IMG/VR virus record: IMGVR_UViG_3300042520_003480
From: an uncultured virus (IMG/VR IMGVR_UViG_3300042520_003480)
Taxonomy: Duplodnaviria > Heunggongvirae > Uroviricota > Caudoviricetes
Strand: one strand, 5' to 3'
Length of the DNA: 63,329 bases
Part shown: positions 10,453 through 20,783 of the stretch, one piece after another
Layout of the letters: the number at the start of each line of letters is the position of its first letter
How positions within the stretch are numbered: the first letter of the stretch is position 1
Position numbers and translations under genes: made by a program
Notes under the pieces: generated by a model
The model's database searches: none
Told to the model about the DNA's origin: nothing
The model's input: only the letters and a program-made list of their open reading frames with translations

Positions 10453-11409
10453 TTAAAAAGTTAGATCATTTGTTGGAGGATTTAAACCTTGAGTAGCATG
10501 AGAGTGAAGCAAGCGTTTTTTAAAGTTAATTCCTGCATAAACTTCGTAATCTCTATGGGTTCTTATGTCTCCTAGTCCATACGGTCCTAAATCAATATTA
10601 TTGTCCTCTTCTTGTAAGAGATGACGTAATCTCTGTTTACTCTTGAGGTCCATTTCCCACCAAGTTTCATCAACAACTTTTTGTTGTTTGTTTGTATCAT
10701 TAAAATCTGTCCAATGTTTGGTTCTCCCCTCTCTTGTATATTCGTGCCATACCACCAATTTATGGGGATGGAACAAATCATATCCTAAAGTATACGAGCG
10801 AATACTTAAACTAATCTCATCTCCTGCAAAATAAAGATTTGGATCGTATTTGTACTCCTCGCAATGAATTCCTAACGTAAAGAAAAAATGACCGCTAACA
10901 AATCTAGCAGGAATGGGTTTAGTTAACTGTTGCCAATTTTCAATTCGGTGTGGATAGAACAATATAGTTCCTGACTCTGTAAATTTATTTGGAACCATTT
11001 TAAAAGGATCATCGTTTAACAGTCTATTTTCTTTTGGAGAATACATTCCAGCATAAGAAGTAATAATTGGTTTTTTTGACTCCACCATAGACATCATAGC
11101 AATGAGCTCCTCGTCCCAGTTTTGAGCAAAACGGTGATGGCTGTCCAATTGAAGAGTGTATTCTTCTCCTTTCCATAATTTTTGTATTTGACTACGTGCC
11201 CAACATAGTCCTTTACTTTGTTTCCATGGAATTTCAATAATCCGAAAGTTTTCTAAGTGTTTAAACTCGTCTAGGTTTTCGTCTTCTCCTCTTTGCCAAC
11301 AAATACCAAAAGTTAAATTTTCAGGATACTTAGATTTAGAAATACAGTCTTTAATAGTTGGAATTAATTCTGGATCTCTGTAGGATGCGATTTGTACAAA
11401 TATTTTCAT
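10453..11409 (-). CDS. GT60-like N-acetylglucosaminyltransferase
   Basis: IFVQIASYRDPEL, GLCWAR, LQLDSHHRF and FAGDEISLSIRSYTLGYD. Confidence 0.85.
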   Translation of the reverse strand: MKIFVQIASYRDPELIPTIKDCISKSKYPENLTFGICWQRGEDENLDEFKHLENFRIIEIPWKQSKGLCWARSQIQKLWKGEEYTLQLDSHHRFAQNWDEELIAMMSMVESKKPIITSYAGMYSPKENRLLNDDPFKMVPNKFTESGTILFYPHRIENWQQLTKPIPARFVSGHFFFTLGIHCEEYKYDPNLYFAGDEISLSIRSYTLGYDLFHPHKLVVWHEYTREGRTKHWTDFNDTNKQQKVVDETWWEMDLKSKQRLRHLLQEEDNNIDLGPYGLGDIRTHRDYEVYAGINFKKRLLHSHATQGLNPPTNDLTF

Positions 11410-11411
11410 AG

Positions 11412-13208
11412 TTAAATTACTGTTGAAACTCCGTTTCTCTTTACAACATGAATTGTATGTTCAGCTTTTGTTGTTACTTCTGGTCCTCTGTGTGTAATTA
11501 TATAACAAGATTCGTTATTTTCGTTAAAACGTTCACGTAAAATTCTTAATGTCAAAATTACACCTCTATCGTCTAAAGAAGAGTCTAGGAGTTCGTCATA
11601 AAACACTGTACTAAAGTTGACATCTCCTTGTAATCTTCTTATATCCGCAAACGCAAACAAGCAAGCTAAGTCAATACGCTTACGCTCTCCTCCAGAAAAG
11701 TTAAAGTATGATTTGGGATTGGAACTTTCATCAATAATTTCTTCGTCAAAAAACTCATTAAATCTACAAAGACAATTTGCTTCCAATTTATCAAGATAGT
11801 AAGCTAACCTGGAATTAAGAACCTTTAGGATTTTTTTAACAATAAATGACTTTATTCCTTCTTCTGAAATTACAAATTTAACAGATTCGAGTACATTTAA
11901 ATCATTGTTAAGTTTGTCTACATTTTGCTTACACTCTTCTACTTGGGTTTTAAGATTTAAAATTTTACCTTTGAGATCATTGTTTTGTTCTTTGTCTGCA
12001 ATTTTAATCTCTTCATCCACTTCTTTTAAATTGGATGTCAAATGATTGATGCTGAGCTCGTGTGTTTTGTTGTTGTTTACTGTTTGATTTATCTGTTCAA
12101 CGTTATCTACGCATATCTTTTTTGCACTTTTGTTACTAGAAATTTCTTTTTCTACTTTTTCAAGAGCTGCGTTTATTTTGATCTCTGCTTCAACAAACTT
12201 GTCTATATCCAATTTATGTGATGCAATTAGTTTTGATACATGTTCTACGTGTTCTTCAGAATATTCTCTTGAACATGTTGGACATTGGTTCTTATTTGTT
12301 TGCAGCTGATTTATTTGTTTGTTTAAAGAATTGGTTTCAGCTTTAATCACATTAATTTTGCTTAACAAATTTGATTTTTGTTCATCTAGCTTGTCAAGTT
12401 GTTCTTCAAAAGAGTTAATTTGCTGTTTATTTTTATCTAGCTCTGATGTCAATGTTGTCTTGTTTATTTTAGCTTTAATTTTTTCTATGTCTAAAGTAAG
12501 CGCCGTTTTCTTGTCGTTTAGTTTGTTAATTCGTTCAACTTTTATGTTTTCGTAATTGTCAAATTGAGATTGGTTGAACGTTAATTCGTTTTCTGTCTGT
12601 TCAAACTTAGAATAAGCAATTTCGTAATCTTTCTTAGCAATACTGTGATCATCTCTGGCCTTAAGCACCATTTGTGTAAAAACTTCCAATCCCAAAACGC
12701 TTTCAATAAATTTTCTTTTATCGGTTTTAGGTAAAGCCATGAACGGCAATGCGTTATTGGCTGACATGATAACTGAATTTTGAAATACCGTAGCTGGAGT
12801 ATGAATTAACTCTTGGATTAATGCATTGGTTTTGGCGAGAGTCGAACGAGTTATATCTTGGCCATTCTTGATCAAAATACATTTTGTTGGATTGAGCATC
12901 CGAACAATTTTGTAAGTGTCTGTAGTGTTGTTTGAGACAATATCAAATTCCAAAGAGGTCTCACAGCGCTTTTTGGTTAAACTGTTTTGAATGTGGTCTT
13001 TGGAAATTTCCCGCAATGTTGTTCCATACAAGGAATAGTAGAGAAGTTCCGTAATACTTGATTTGCCAGCACCATTTTTAGAATCTTCTTTATCATAGTT
13101 AGTTCCAACAATTGCATTAACTCCTGGTCTTAAATCTACTCGAGCTAGCGTATCTCCAAATGAAAGAAAGTTTTTTCCTTCTAGGATTTTAAAAGTAATA
13201 AACCGCAT
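11412..13208 (-). CDS. gp46-like Rad50/SbcC recombination ATPase
   Basis: KNFLSFG, NGAGKSS, CPTC Zn hook, FSGGERKRIDL, YDELLDSSLD and ITH. Confidence 0.95.
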   Translation of the reverse strand: MRFITFKILEGKNFLSFGDTLARVDLRPGVNAIVGTNYDKEDSKNGAGKSSITELLYYSLYGTTLREISKDHIQNSLTKKRCETSLEFDIVSNNTTDTYKIVRMLNPTKCILIKNGQDITRSTLAKTNALIQELIHTPATVFQNSVIMSANNALPFMALPKTDKRKFIESVLGLEVFTQMVLKARDDHSIAKKDYEIAYSKFEQTENELTFNQSQFDNYENIKVERINKLNDKKTALTLDIEKIKAKINKTTLTSELDKNKQQINSFEEQLDKLDEQKSNLLSKINVIKAETNSLNKQINQLQTNKNQCPTCSREYSEEHVEHVSKLIASHKLDIDKFVEAEIKINAALEKVEKEISSNKSAKKICVDNVEQINQTVNNNKTHELSINHLTSNLKEVDEEIKIADKEQNNDLKGKILNLKTQVEECKQNVDKLNNDLNVLESVKFVISEEGIKSFIVKKILKVLNSRLAYYLDKLEANCLCRFNEFFDEEIIDESSNPKSYFNFSGGERKRIDLACLFAFADIRRLQGDVNFSTVFYDELLDSSLDDRGVILTLRILRERFNENNESCYIITHRGPEVTTKAEHTIHVVKRNGVSTVI

Positions 13209-13240
13209 GAGACGTTATATTAAACAAGTAAAGCTAAATT

Positions 13241-13825
13241 TCAACAGTTTTTTCCTATTACGGTCAACCCGTTGTTATTGTGAAATCTTTCTAATAGCTG
13301 CCACTGAGCATTGTCTTGTAAAAATTCTTGTATGGCTAGCCAAATACCTTTTTGGTCTCCAACCCATTCTGATCCTAAAAATTCATAAGACGTTTCATCT
13401 TTGTCAGCAAACGTGGTTGTGTCATGAAAAATAATATATTTGTTTACCTTGGATGAGTGTAATTTAAGTTCGTTCTTTAGCTGTTTGTAGGCGTGCCAAG
13501 TATCTATAAAAAGTAAATCAGTTTGCTCAATCTCAATATCTAGTACGTTTGCTTGCGTAAATAAAAAATTTACATCATTTAATTTAGCTGTGTCATATAC
13601 ATCTTGTATGTCAACTCCCCAAGTTGAGGGATTTTGCATATCATAACTTTTGAGTTTTTTTGGAAAAGTGCTTAGAAAAGCCCAAGTTGATACAACCCAA
13701 CGAACTCCCATCTCTGTAATATGCGAGCATTGTTTTCCGTATTTTATCAATGTAGGTATGTGCTCATTAATGTCAGATGGTGTTTTAGAAATATTATCAA
13801 TTAATATTGCTAGATCTTTGCTCAT
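13241..13825 (-). CDS. class I SAM-dependent methyltransferase (Methyltransf_24-like)
   Basis: TEMGVR, DLLFIDTWHAY and IIFHD. Confidence 0.8.
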   Translation of the reverse strand: MSKDLAILIDNISKTPSDINEHIPTLIKYGKQCSHITEMGVRWVVSTWAFLSTFPKKLKSYDMQNPSTWGVDIQDVYDTAKLNDVNFLFTQANVLDIEIEQTDLLFIDTWHAYKQLKNELKLHSSKVNKYIIFHDTTTFADKDETSYEFLGSEWVGDQKGIWLAIQEFLQDNAQWQLLERFHNNNGLTVIGKNC

Positions 13826-14514
13826 ATTTTGTTGTTTATTTGTTCCCAGTTAATTGTTGGAGAAGACAAGCCTTCTATACAGTGTGTGCTTAAACCCGGA
13901 ATTGGGGTTAAAACAAATCTTTTTCTTTTTTCAGTAAGATCTAAAAAGGTGCCGTGGTCTCCTACCGCTGTAGACCAAACGTCATAATCTTCATCAAAAA
14001 TCTTTCTGTTACTTAAAAAGCTACCGCATGTGCTTGGAGTAGTTCTCCAGTGATGAGTTTTTGTTGTAAGAATTTTTGAACGCAAGCTTGAGTACATTGG
14101 ATAGAAATACTTGTCATTATGATCATACAGCGAAACATAACACAGATTTGAAAATGCTTTGTATAACTCAAGGACCTTTTCAATCCAACCTTCTACGTGC
14201 AAGTAATCGTTTTCTAACAAGTAAATCAAATCTGTTGATTCCATTTTTGTGTCCTTTATGTGATCCAATAGTGCTCTATAAGAGAGCAAACTTGAATTAT
14301 AATTTGTTTGCAATAGTTTAAACTTGTCTTTGTAGTTATTGCTAAAGTCCCGAATGACATCTTCACCATCGAGAGCGAGTGTAAGTTTAACATCGTTATA
14401 ATTTTCTATTGTTTTTAAAAGATTCTTAAAACAACTTTCGTAATTAAACCAACTTGGACGGTTTGGAGAAATTTTGTTGGTTACGGCATGTCTGTAGTAG
14501 ATATAAATTGACAT
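13822..14514 (-). CDS. putative GT-A glycosyltransferase
   Basis: IYLLENDYLH (DxD-like), VSLYDH and PIPGLSTH; lies in the GT island. Confidence 0.65.
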   Translation of the reverse strand: MSIYIYYRHAVTNKISPNRPSWFNYESCFKNLLKTIENYNDVKLTLALDGEDVIRDFSNNYKDKFKLLQTNYNSSLLSYRALLDHIKDTKMESTDLIYLLENDYLHVEGWIEKVLELYKAFSNLCYVSLYDHNDKYFYPMYSSLRSKILTTKTHHWRTTPSTCGSFLSNRKIFDEDYDVWSTAVGDHGTFLDLTEKRKRFVLTPIPGLSTHCIEGLSSPTINWEQINNKI

Positions 14515-14525
14515 AAAATAGAATG

Positions 14526-15671
14526 TTAATCACAAACCACCATTATGCTTGAACATAAATCTGGATATTGTTGACCTAGCTCGTAACATCCGTCCAAATA
14601 CTCTTTGTTGATGATATCTGTCTCGAGAAGCTTGTCCCATTGAAAATTTGCTAGCGCTTTAAAAAAGATACCGGTCTTGAAGATTGTTTTGAGATTGCTT
14701 GATTTTGTATCTCTTTCTAGAGTATCTAAACTGTATGTTATGCGGTGACCGTGTTCCTTCTCTGAAGGAGTGATTGAACAATTGTGAGAAATAAGACCCA
14801 TTTTGACTGCAATTTGTCGTGAGGCAGCATTTGCATTAGGACAAACAATAAAAATTCTTCCTTTATCTGATAACCATGTAGTTTTAATTTTGGACAGCAA
14901 ACTAATTGGATTGTCTATGTGTTCAAGTACATGTGTTAAAATAACGTTGTCGTATTTAGTAGGCAACATGACCTCCTCAAATGTGCAATTAAAATATTTA
15001 ATATTATCTGCAGGCAAACGCTCTTGAGCTTGCGCTAAAGCTTCACATGATGCTTCTACACACGTTATGTCATCGAAGTGAGGCAATAGTCTTTCGGTAA
15101 AATTTCCTCTAAAACTTCCCAATTCGAGACAATTACCTTTAATAAAATGCGGTTCGAAAGCTTTTAACATATAATAATGCATTACATCAAAATCAAAAGA
15201 ATAAGCATATTTGTGATCCGCTGTATCTTTAAATTCTTGATCGTAATTGCGCTTTGTTAATTTTAATGTCATGATAATTCTATCTTTTTTTTGTTGGTCA
15301 AATTCGAAGCCGTGTTTTTTGTAAAGGTTAATGGCTTTTTTATTTTTATCAAATACTTCTAAACTAATATCAAAGCATTTTTTCTCTTGAAAAAACAAAA
15401 TACATTCTTTTAGTAAAGATGAGGCGACACCTTTATTGCAAGAAAGAGGAACAACACTTAAGTTAGTAATCCACCCAGAATTTTTTTCTGAATTATAATA
15501 CGCTGCAACTAAACCTGTAATTTTTGCATCATTGTGTCTGTAAAATAAAGCGGACTGTTCAAAAAGTTTTTTTGAATATTCAGGAATGTTTACATAGCTA
15601 CTCAAATGAGGTACAAATGTTTCCGAAACTGACTCTAAATGGCTTTGTATTTGTTCTAATGACGGATTCAT
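14526..15671 (-). CDS. GNAT acetyltransferase fused to a class I SAM methyltransferase
   Basis: N-terminal WITNLSV...KGVASSLL...NKKAINLYKKHGF; C-terminal LELGSFRG, HVLEHI and VCPN. Confidence 0.85.
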   Translation of the reverse strand: MNPSLEQIQSHLESVSETFVPHLSSYVNIPEYSKKLFEQSALFYRHNDAKITGLVAAYYNSEKNSGWITNLSVVPLSCNKGVASSLLKECILFFQEKKCFDISLEVFDKNKKAINLYKKHGFEFDQQKKDRIIMTLKLTKRNYDQEFKDTADHKYAYSFDFDVMHYYMLKAFEPHFIKGNCLELGSFRGNFTERLLPHFDDITCVEASCEALAQAQERLPADNIKYFNCTFEEVMLPTKYDNVILTHVLEHIDNPISLLSKIKTTWLSDKGRIFIVCPNANAASRQIAVKMGLISHNCSITPSEKEHGHRITYSLDTLERDTKSSNLKTIFKTGIFFKALANFQWDKLLETDIINKEYLDGCYELGQQYPDLCSSIMVVCD

Positions 15672-16630
15672 TCTATTAACTTAGCTAATCCAAAACCGTA
15701 TTTACCAAAATCGTTGCCGTTGTAAATCATATAGTAATTTTCTTCAATATTAAAAACGTGAGGATAATGATGCATCGTGCTATCCCAACCCTCTCGAGAG
15801 TATGTTATTCCTGCCTCTTCGTCTTTTCTTTTCCAGCTCAATAAATCTGTTGAGGTGGCATAACCAATTTTGTATCCCCTACCAGGTACTGTACGAAAAT
15901 CTAAACCTTGTCTGTAAACAAAATACATATGATATATTCCGTCTTTGAAAAAAACGTCAGGTCCTGCTTGGCATTCATTTTCATCCAAAATGTCTGGAAT
16001 AATATTGTGGTTAAAACGCTTCCAATTAAACCCGTCCTCGGATATTGCCATGCGGTTTTTATAAATTATTTCAGGTTTATTGTTGTGTGTTATCCACTTT
16101 GTTCCTGCTAAATAAAACATATAAAAGAGGTTGTTGAACTTTCTGACCTTTGGCCCACTCAAAACAAATGGTTCGTTTATATCCGAAGAAAGAATGGGTC
16201 CTGGTCCAATTCTGTGAAATGTTTCTCCGTTGTCCTCGCTTAAAGCTAGACCAATTGCGGTATTGAAAGGGACAGATTGACATCTATACCAACCCGCATA
16301 ATAGAAAAATATTTTGTCTTTGTGTTTTATGTGACAAGAAGGATATACAGCAAACTCGTCGAAGGTACCTAGCTCCCCTAGTTGTAGTATTGGCTTATCG
16401 TGAACCCTGACAACCTCAGTTAAATTTGTTTTATTTAGCTCCAAAAATGTAGTATAAGATTTAGCAAACCCACTTTCATCATTTTCGGGTCTGCAAGAAA
16501 AATACACTCTGACTACATCATCTAAAACTAAAGCGTGAGTACTTTGAGAATGAGTCTTCATCCATGGTCTATCAATACCATCATTCCAAGTAGTTGGATT
16601 AAAAATATGTCCTAGCTTTTCCCATTTCAT
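15668..16630 (-). CDS. beta-propeller glycoside hydrolase-like protein (GH32/43/130-type fold)
   Basis: Asp-box-like repeats SEDNGETF, SEDGFNW and STDLLSW. Confidence 0.7.
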   Translation of the reverse strand: MKWEKLGHIFNPTTWNDGIDRPWMKTHSQSTHALVLDDVVRVYFSCRPENDESGFAKSYTTFLELNKTNLTEVVRVHDKPILQLGELGTFDEFAVYPSCHIKHKDKIFFYYAGWYRCQSVPFNTAIGLALSEDNGETFHRIGPGPILSSDINEPFVLSGPKVRKFNNLFYMFYLAGTKWITHNNKPEIIYKNRMAISEDGFNWKRFNHNIIPDILDENECQAGPDVFFKDGIYHMYFVYRQGLDFRTVPGRGYKIGYATSTDLLSWKRKDEEAGITYSREGWDSTMHHYPHVFNIEENYYMIYNGNDFGKYGFGLAKLIE

Positions 16631-16646
16631 GTATTTTTTAATGTAT

Positions 16647-17201
16647 TTAAATTTGAACCATCCAACAATGACAGCCCCAAGGATCTTGTAAATTATTTTT
16701 TCCTAGGGCATCATTAACAGCCTTAACTACATCGGGCCAACCAAAGGAATAATCATGGCCAGCTAAAAATCCTCCTTTTTTAATTTTGGGAAGCCATGCT
16801 TTTATATCAGCAACGACATCTTCATATTTGTGGCTTCCATCTATAAAAACAAAATCCAAAGAGTTTTCTTTGTAAGTTTTAACTGCATCCAATGAACCAA
16901 TATCATACAAAGTATAATGTCCTTCTAATGGCTTCATGTTTTGTATAAATTCGTTTTTTAAATCTGCGTGAGATATTTTATATTGAGGTTGTTCATCTCC
17001 AACTGCTATAAATGGATCAACGCAATCAAATTTAATGTTTTTTTCTGAGTTAATTATTTCCACTCCCATATATGCAGTAGAAGTTCCTTTCCATGTTCCC
17101 ACTTCAACAAAGTGAGCTACTTGTGGAGCCTCTTTTACCACATAAGAATATAGTTGAGGAAAAGTAAACCAACCTTGAATGTTTTGATAAAAATGTTTCA
17201 C
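16647..17201 (-). CDS. class I SAM-dependent methyltransferase
   Basis: VEVGTWKG, DFVFIDGSH and KKGGFLAGHDY. Confidence 0.85.
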   Translation of the reverse strand: MKHFYQNIQGWFTFPQLYSYVVKEAPQVAHFVEVGTWKGTSTAYMGVEIINSEKNIKFDCVDPFIAVGDEQPQYKISHADLKNEFIQNMKPLEGHYTLYDIGSLDAVKTYKENSLDFVFIDGSHKYEDVVADIKAWLPKIKKGGFLAGHDYSFGWPDVVKAVNDALGKNNLQDPWGCHCWMVQI

Positions 17202-17229
17202 AAATGTAATTAAAGTGTTCTTGCTAAAC

Positions 17230-17937
17230 CTACAACAAAGTATATTCGTTTAAGTATTGCTGTATTTGCTGTTTTGAATTAAACATTAAAACATCTATAA
17301 TCGAGAGCCAAGGAACGAATTTGTTATTAGATTGCTTGTATGTTATGGGATTTGATTTTATAAAATTAAGTTCAATATTGTTTTGAATAAATGTTTTTTT
17401 GTCGTACAACGAAGTTCCTCCTATAGCGTTTATATAATGGGTGGCAGTTCTGGCTTTACATAAAGCTAATACTTTATCTTGAGACTTTAAATTGTGATTT
17501 ATATCTACAGCAGAAGATATTACTACGTTTGTCTTAATATCTAAATGATTGTTTATGAGAGTAAGACTGTTCAATATAAAATTAAATAAATTTGAATGAT
17601 CAGCCCAATTTAAGCACTGAGAGACTAAAGGAAAAGCATCATAAAAATATGGAGCTTTGTTATAAGAAGCCTCAATTAAGTTTGTTAATTTTTTTCGGTC
17701 TTCCTTCCAGGATTCGGCTAATTTTCTGTCAACAACATTCAAATAATCTGAGTCTTTCTTAATAGGCAAAGTAAAAAGACGGTCACGTTCGTTTGTTAAA
17801 ATGCGGTTTCTGTTTATCCAGCCTTTTTTGGTATATTGTATGTTGTCATATACAATAAATTCGTCAACTGAATGTATTAACTGAAAGTATCCAATATACG
17901 GCATAAAGTACGGTTGCATTATGGCTAACTTTTTCAT
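17230..17937 (-). CDS. WbqC-like protein
   Basis: MQPYFMPYIGYFQLI, YDNIQY, WINRNRI and LSIIDVLM; ATGA overlap with the upstream gene. Confidence 0.88.
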   Translation of the reverse strand: MKKLAIMQPYFMPYIGYFQLIHSVDEFIVYDNIQYTKKGWINRNRILTNERDRLFTLPIKKDSDYLNVVDRKLAESWKEDRKKLTNLIEASYNKAPYFYDAFPLVSQCLNWADHSNLFNFILNSLTLINNHLDIKTNVVISSAVDINHNLKSQDKVLALCKARTATHYINAIGGTSLYDKKTFIQNNIELNFIKSNPITYKQSNNKFVPWLSIIDVLMFNSKQQIQQYLNEYTLL

Positions 17938-18719
17938 AAATTGTGTTTTATCATAAGTTCCTTTATTGCTTGAGGAATTTTTGTTGTGTATGGATAAAAC
18001 CATGTGTTCAGCCAAGTGGTTACTTCTGCTTCTGAATAAAAAGAATGTTGTTTGTGATTTTTTTTGTATTTAAATGTGTTTTCTTTAGCGTTGGTTATAG
18101 TGGTTTTTTTGCAAATTTCTCTCAAATGAATTAAAAAAATAAATTCATTTTTTATTTGAGTGGGCCGAATAAAAGCTTCTGAAGCATGTCTTCCGACGTT
18201 TGTTGGGTAGTTAAATTTCTTAAACACACAAACTTTATTATAAAAGGCATGAGAAGAATTGTAAGATTCTTCAGACCAAAAGCCAAAACTTCTTTGGTTT
18301 ATCAGCGGTTTGCTTAAGCAATATGGTTCCTCATTGTTATGTTGTACCATTTCAAATCCTTTGGCTGCTAAAACGTTTTCATTAAGAGTTAAAAATTTGT
18401 TAAAATCATTAACCAAAAGCAACTCATCCGGATCAGTATATATTACGGTATCATATCCCAGGTCGGTATACATTGTGTTGAAAATTTCTTTAAAAAATTT
18501 TAAATTGTCAATATTGTAAATATTTCCGTACTTTTGAACTTCTATTATGTGTATCTTGTGTGACTGAGCATCGGGTTTAGAGATCCGCTCAACAATTGCG
18601 TCATTTTTGCCGTCTAAAAAAATTACTATGTCGAAATTGTAATTTAGGCAATTTTTAATCCACAATTCAAAAAAAATATTGTGTCTATCAAATCTACTTG
18701 AAATACAAACCTTGCCCAT
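17934..18719 (-). CDS. putative GT-A glycosyltransferase
   Basis: IYTDPDELL DxD motif and GRH; lies in the GT island. Confidence 0.6.
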   Translation of the reverse strand: MGKVCISSRFDRHNIFFELWIKNCLNYNFDIVIFLDGKNDAIVERISKPDAQSHKIHIIEVQKYGNIYNIDNLKFFKEIFNTMYTDLGYDTVIYTDPDELLLVNDFNKFLTLNENVLAAKGFEMVQHNNEEPYCLSKPLINQRSFGFWSEESYNSSHAFYNKVCVFKKFNYPTNVGRHASEAFIRPTQIKNEFIFLIHLREICKKTTITNAKENTFKYKKNHKQHSFYSEAEVTTWLNTWFYPYTTKIPQAIKELMIKHNL

Positions 18720-18721
18720 TT

Positions 18722-19354
18722 TTATACGTTCTTTGTATAAACTGGAAATTTAGATAAATCTGGGTAAGGCATTTGTACGTCTTCGTTGTGCTTTGCTGTC
18801 TCTCCTTGATAAAATTGATTCATTAACAATAAGCCTCTAGCGGCTAGTTCTGGCATCATGTAAAAATTCCATCCAATCATATCAAAGTGATCGTCATGAT
18901 ATGAACATTCTCTTCTGCCACTGTATCTAGCTCTCTTAAACCACAAATAAGCGTCGTGATCGTCAGTTAAAATTGCTCCCCCTTTACTCAATTTTAAGTG
19001 CTTGTAAGGACCCGTAAAGGATATACACATGTGCGTGTTAGGCATGTACATATTACAAGTAAAGCGCAGAGCTGAATCCCAAACTTTAGTTGGTTTTAGT
19101 TGATATGCTCCGGTTATTGTTTTTTCTTTAACTGGAAAAAATTTTACTTTACCTCCAGCGTGAATAATTTCGCAAGGAACTGAGGGGTATGTTCTTGAGG
19201 GAATAGTAATTTCTTGTCCTGCAATTTTTTCATAGTACAGTGCTAAAAACAGCGCGTTTGAAGCGTTATCAACCGTTACTACATAGGGAGCTTTGGTGTA
19301 ATTAGATAGGGCTGTTTCGAAGTCTTCGGTTATTTTATAAATTCCATTTGCCAT
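18722..19354 (-). CDS. short DegT/DnrJ/EryC1/StrS PLP-dependent aminotransferase
   Basis: VDNASNALFLAL, WDSA and SFTGPYKHLKLSKGGAI. Confidence 0.8.
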   Translation of the reverse strand: MANGIYKITEDFETALSNYTKAPYVVTVDNASNALFLALYYEKIAGQEITIPSRTYPSVPCEIIHAGGKVKFFPVKEKTITGAYQLKPTKVWDSALRFTCNMYMPNTHMCISFTGPYKHLKLSKGGAILTDDHDAYLWFKRARYSGRRECSYHDDHFDMIGWNFYMMPELAARGLLLMNQFYQGETAKHNEDVQMPYPDLSKFPVYTKNV

Positions 19355-19372
19355 AATATTGGTTTATGATTA

Positions 19373-20110
19373 CTATATCATTAAAGCATTTTTCACTGAA
19401 GTCAACTCTTCGTTATAATTTTCTAATAAATTAAACAATAATGACTTTTCTGGTAGTTGCTTATATCCATGCACTCCAAAATAAGATTCCATGTTTACGT
19501 GCTTCCAATTAAGATCCAGTGGTCTTTCTATAGCAAATCTACAAGCTAAAGAAACCGGAGCAAATTTTATGCCTTTGTTTTTAAGGATTTCTCTGTTAGT
19601 TAAACAAATAAAATTATCTTCTGGAATATTAGGATTAACATAATCTAATTCTGAACATAAATTAAGAAGTTTTTTACTTCTTAATGAAAAGCCACCATTG
19701 CCTACAATAATTGGTACTTTGGATAAATCGCTTATGTGAGTATTGAGTGATTCACTTAAGGCTCTTTGAGACAAAAGAATATCCCAAGGAGCACCGATAT
19801 AATCATATTTTAAAAATTCATCCGTCCACATAAGAGGATTTGTTACAAATCCATCTGGTTGAACTATTAGACAAAAATTTGTATCAATATATTCATGTAG
19901 TTGCTTGACACAAAACTTACTGTACTCCGCTAAAGAAACTATTTTGTTAATTATTTTGCAATTAATAAAATCATGATTAACGAACTCGTCTGTAATTAAC
20001 AAGTGTTTAGCAAATTTAATATGCTTTGAACTTCTTTCTATAGCTTTAATGCTATTAATTGGATCTCTGGTATTTACGGATACAATAGTTACATCAGAAA
20101 GGTTGATCAT
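19373..20110 (-). CDS. DUF5672-like putative glycosyltransferase
   Basis: VQPDG, YDYIGAPW, VGNGGFSLRS and PED. Confidence 0.75.
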   Translation of the reverse strand: MINLSDVTIVSVNTRDPINSIKAIERSSKHIKFAKHLLITDEFVNHDFINCKIINKIVSLAEYSKFCVKQLHEYIDTNFCLIVQPDGFVTNPLMWTDEFLKYDYIGAPWDILLSQRALSESLNTHISDLSKVPIIVGNGGFSLRSKKLLNLCSELDYVNPNIPEDNFICLTNREILKNKGIKFAPVSLACRFAIERPLDLNWKHVNMESYFGVHGYKQLPEKSLLFNLLENYNEELTSVKNALMI

Positions 20111-20772
20111 ATTAAATGAGAACAAATATAACGATACCCTACAATTCCCCCATCGTATCTTTTTTCGTTTTTGTTAAAAATTCTATTAACGTTATGAAAC
20201 GTCTTGTATAATAAGTCTTCTTCTGTATTATTTCTAACATCAATAATTAGAGTTCCTTTCTCGTCGATGTGAGTTTTAATATAATCTAAATATTGTAAAA
20301 TCGAATAGTGCCAGCCACAAGACAATAAAGATAAAATCAAATCAAATTTAACGTTTTTTTCAAAAAGGGTTTCACCGTCAACAATATTAAAATTTTTAAC
20401 GTTATTCGATCTTAAAAATTCTTCTAAAAGAGTTAAATTATTATAATAATAATATGTTTTATTAAACCCGTTATATTTGCGATTACTTTCAATCGTGTCT
20501 GTCTTATCTTGCAAAAACAGTTTAGCTGTTGGAAATTTGTGATGAAAATAAACGTCAATAGTTCCTAACCCACATCCAATGTCTAATATGTTGTTTATAT
20601 TTTCTTTTGGCAAAAAGGATTCTAACATCTGGAAGTCTCTATCGGTCATTTTGTTAATTGCCGCAAGCACTTCCTCATTGTTACTGTGTTGATTTAACAA
20701 ATATTCTGTCTTTAGCCGCGTTCTTTGCAATAGCAAATATTCTAAATAATTTGTATTAAAAAATGTTATCAT
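20107..20772 (-). CDS. class I SAM-dependent methyltransferase
   Basis: ILDIGCGLG and FDLILS. Confidence 0.8.
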   Translation of the reverse strand: MITFFNTNYLEYLLLQRTRLKTEYLLNQHSNNEEVLAAINKMTDRDFQMLESFLPKENINNILDIGCGLGTIDVYFHHKFPTAKLFLQDKTDTIESNRKYNGFNKTYYYYNNLTLLEEFLRSNNVKNFNIVDGETLFEKNVKFDLILSLLSCGWHYSILQYLDYIKTHIDEKGTLIIDVRNNTEEDLLYKTFHNVNRIFNKNEKRYDGGIVGYRYICSHLI

Positions 20773-20783
20773 ATAAATAAGCC

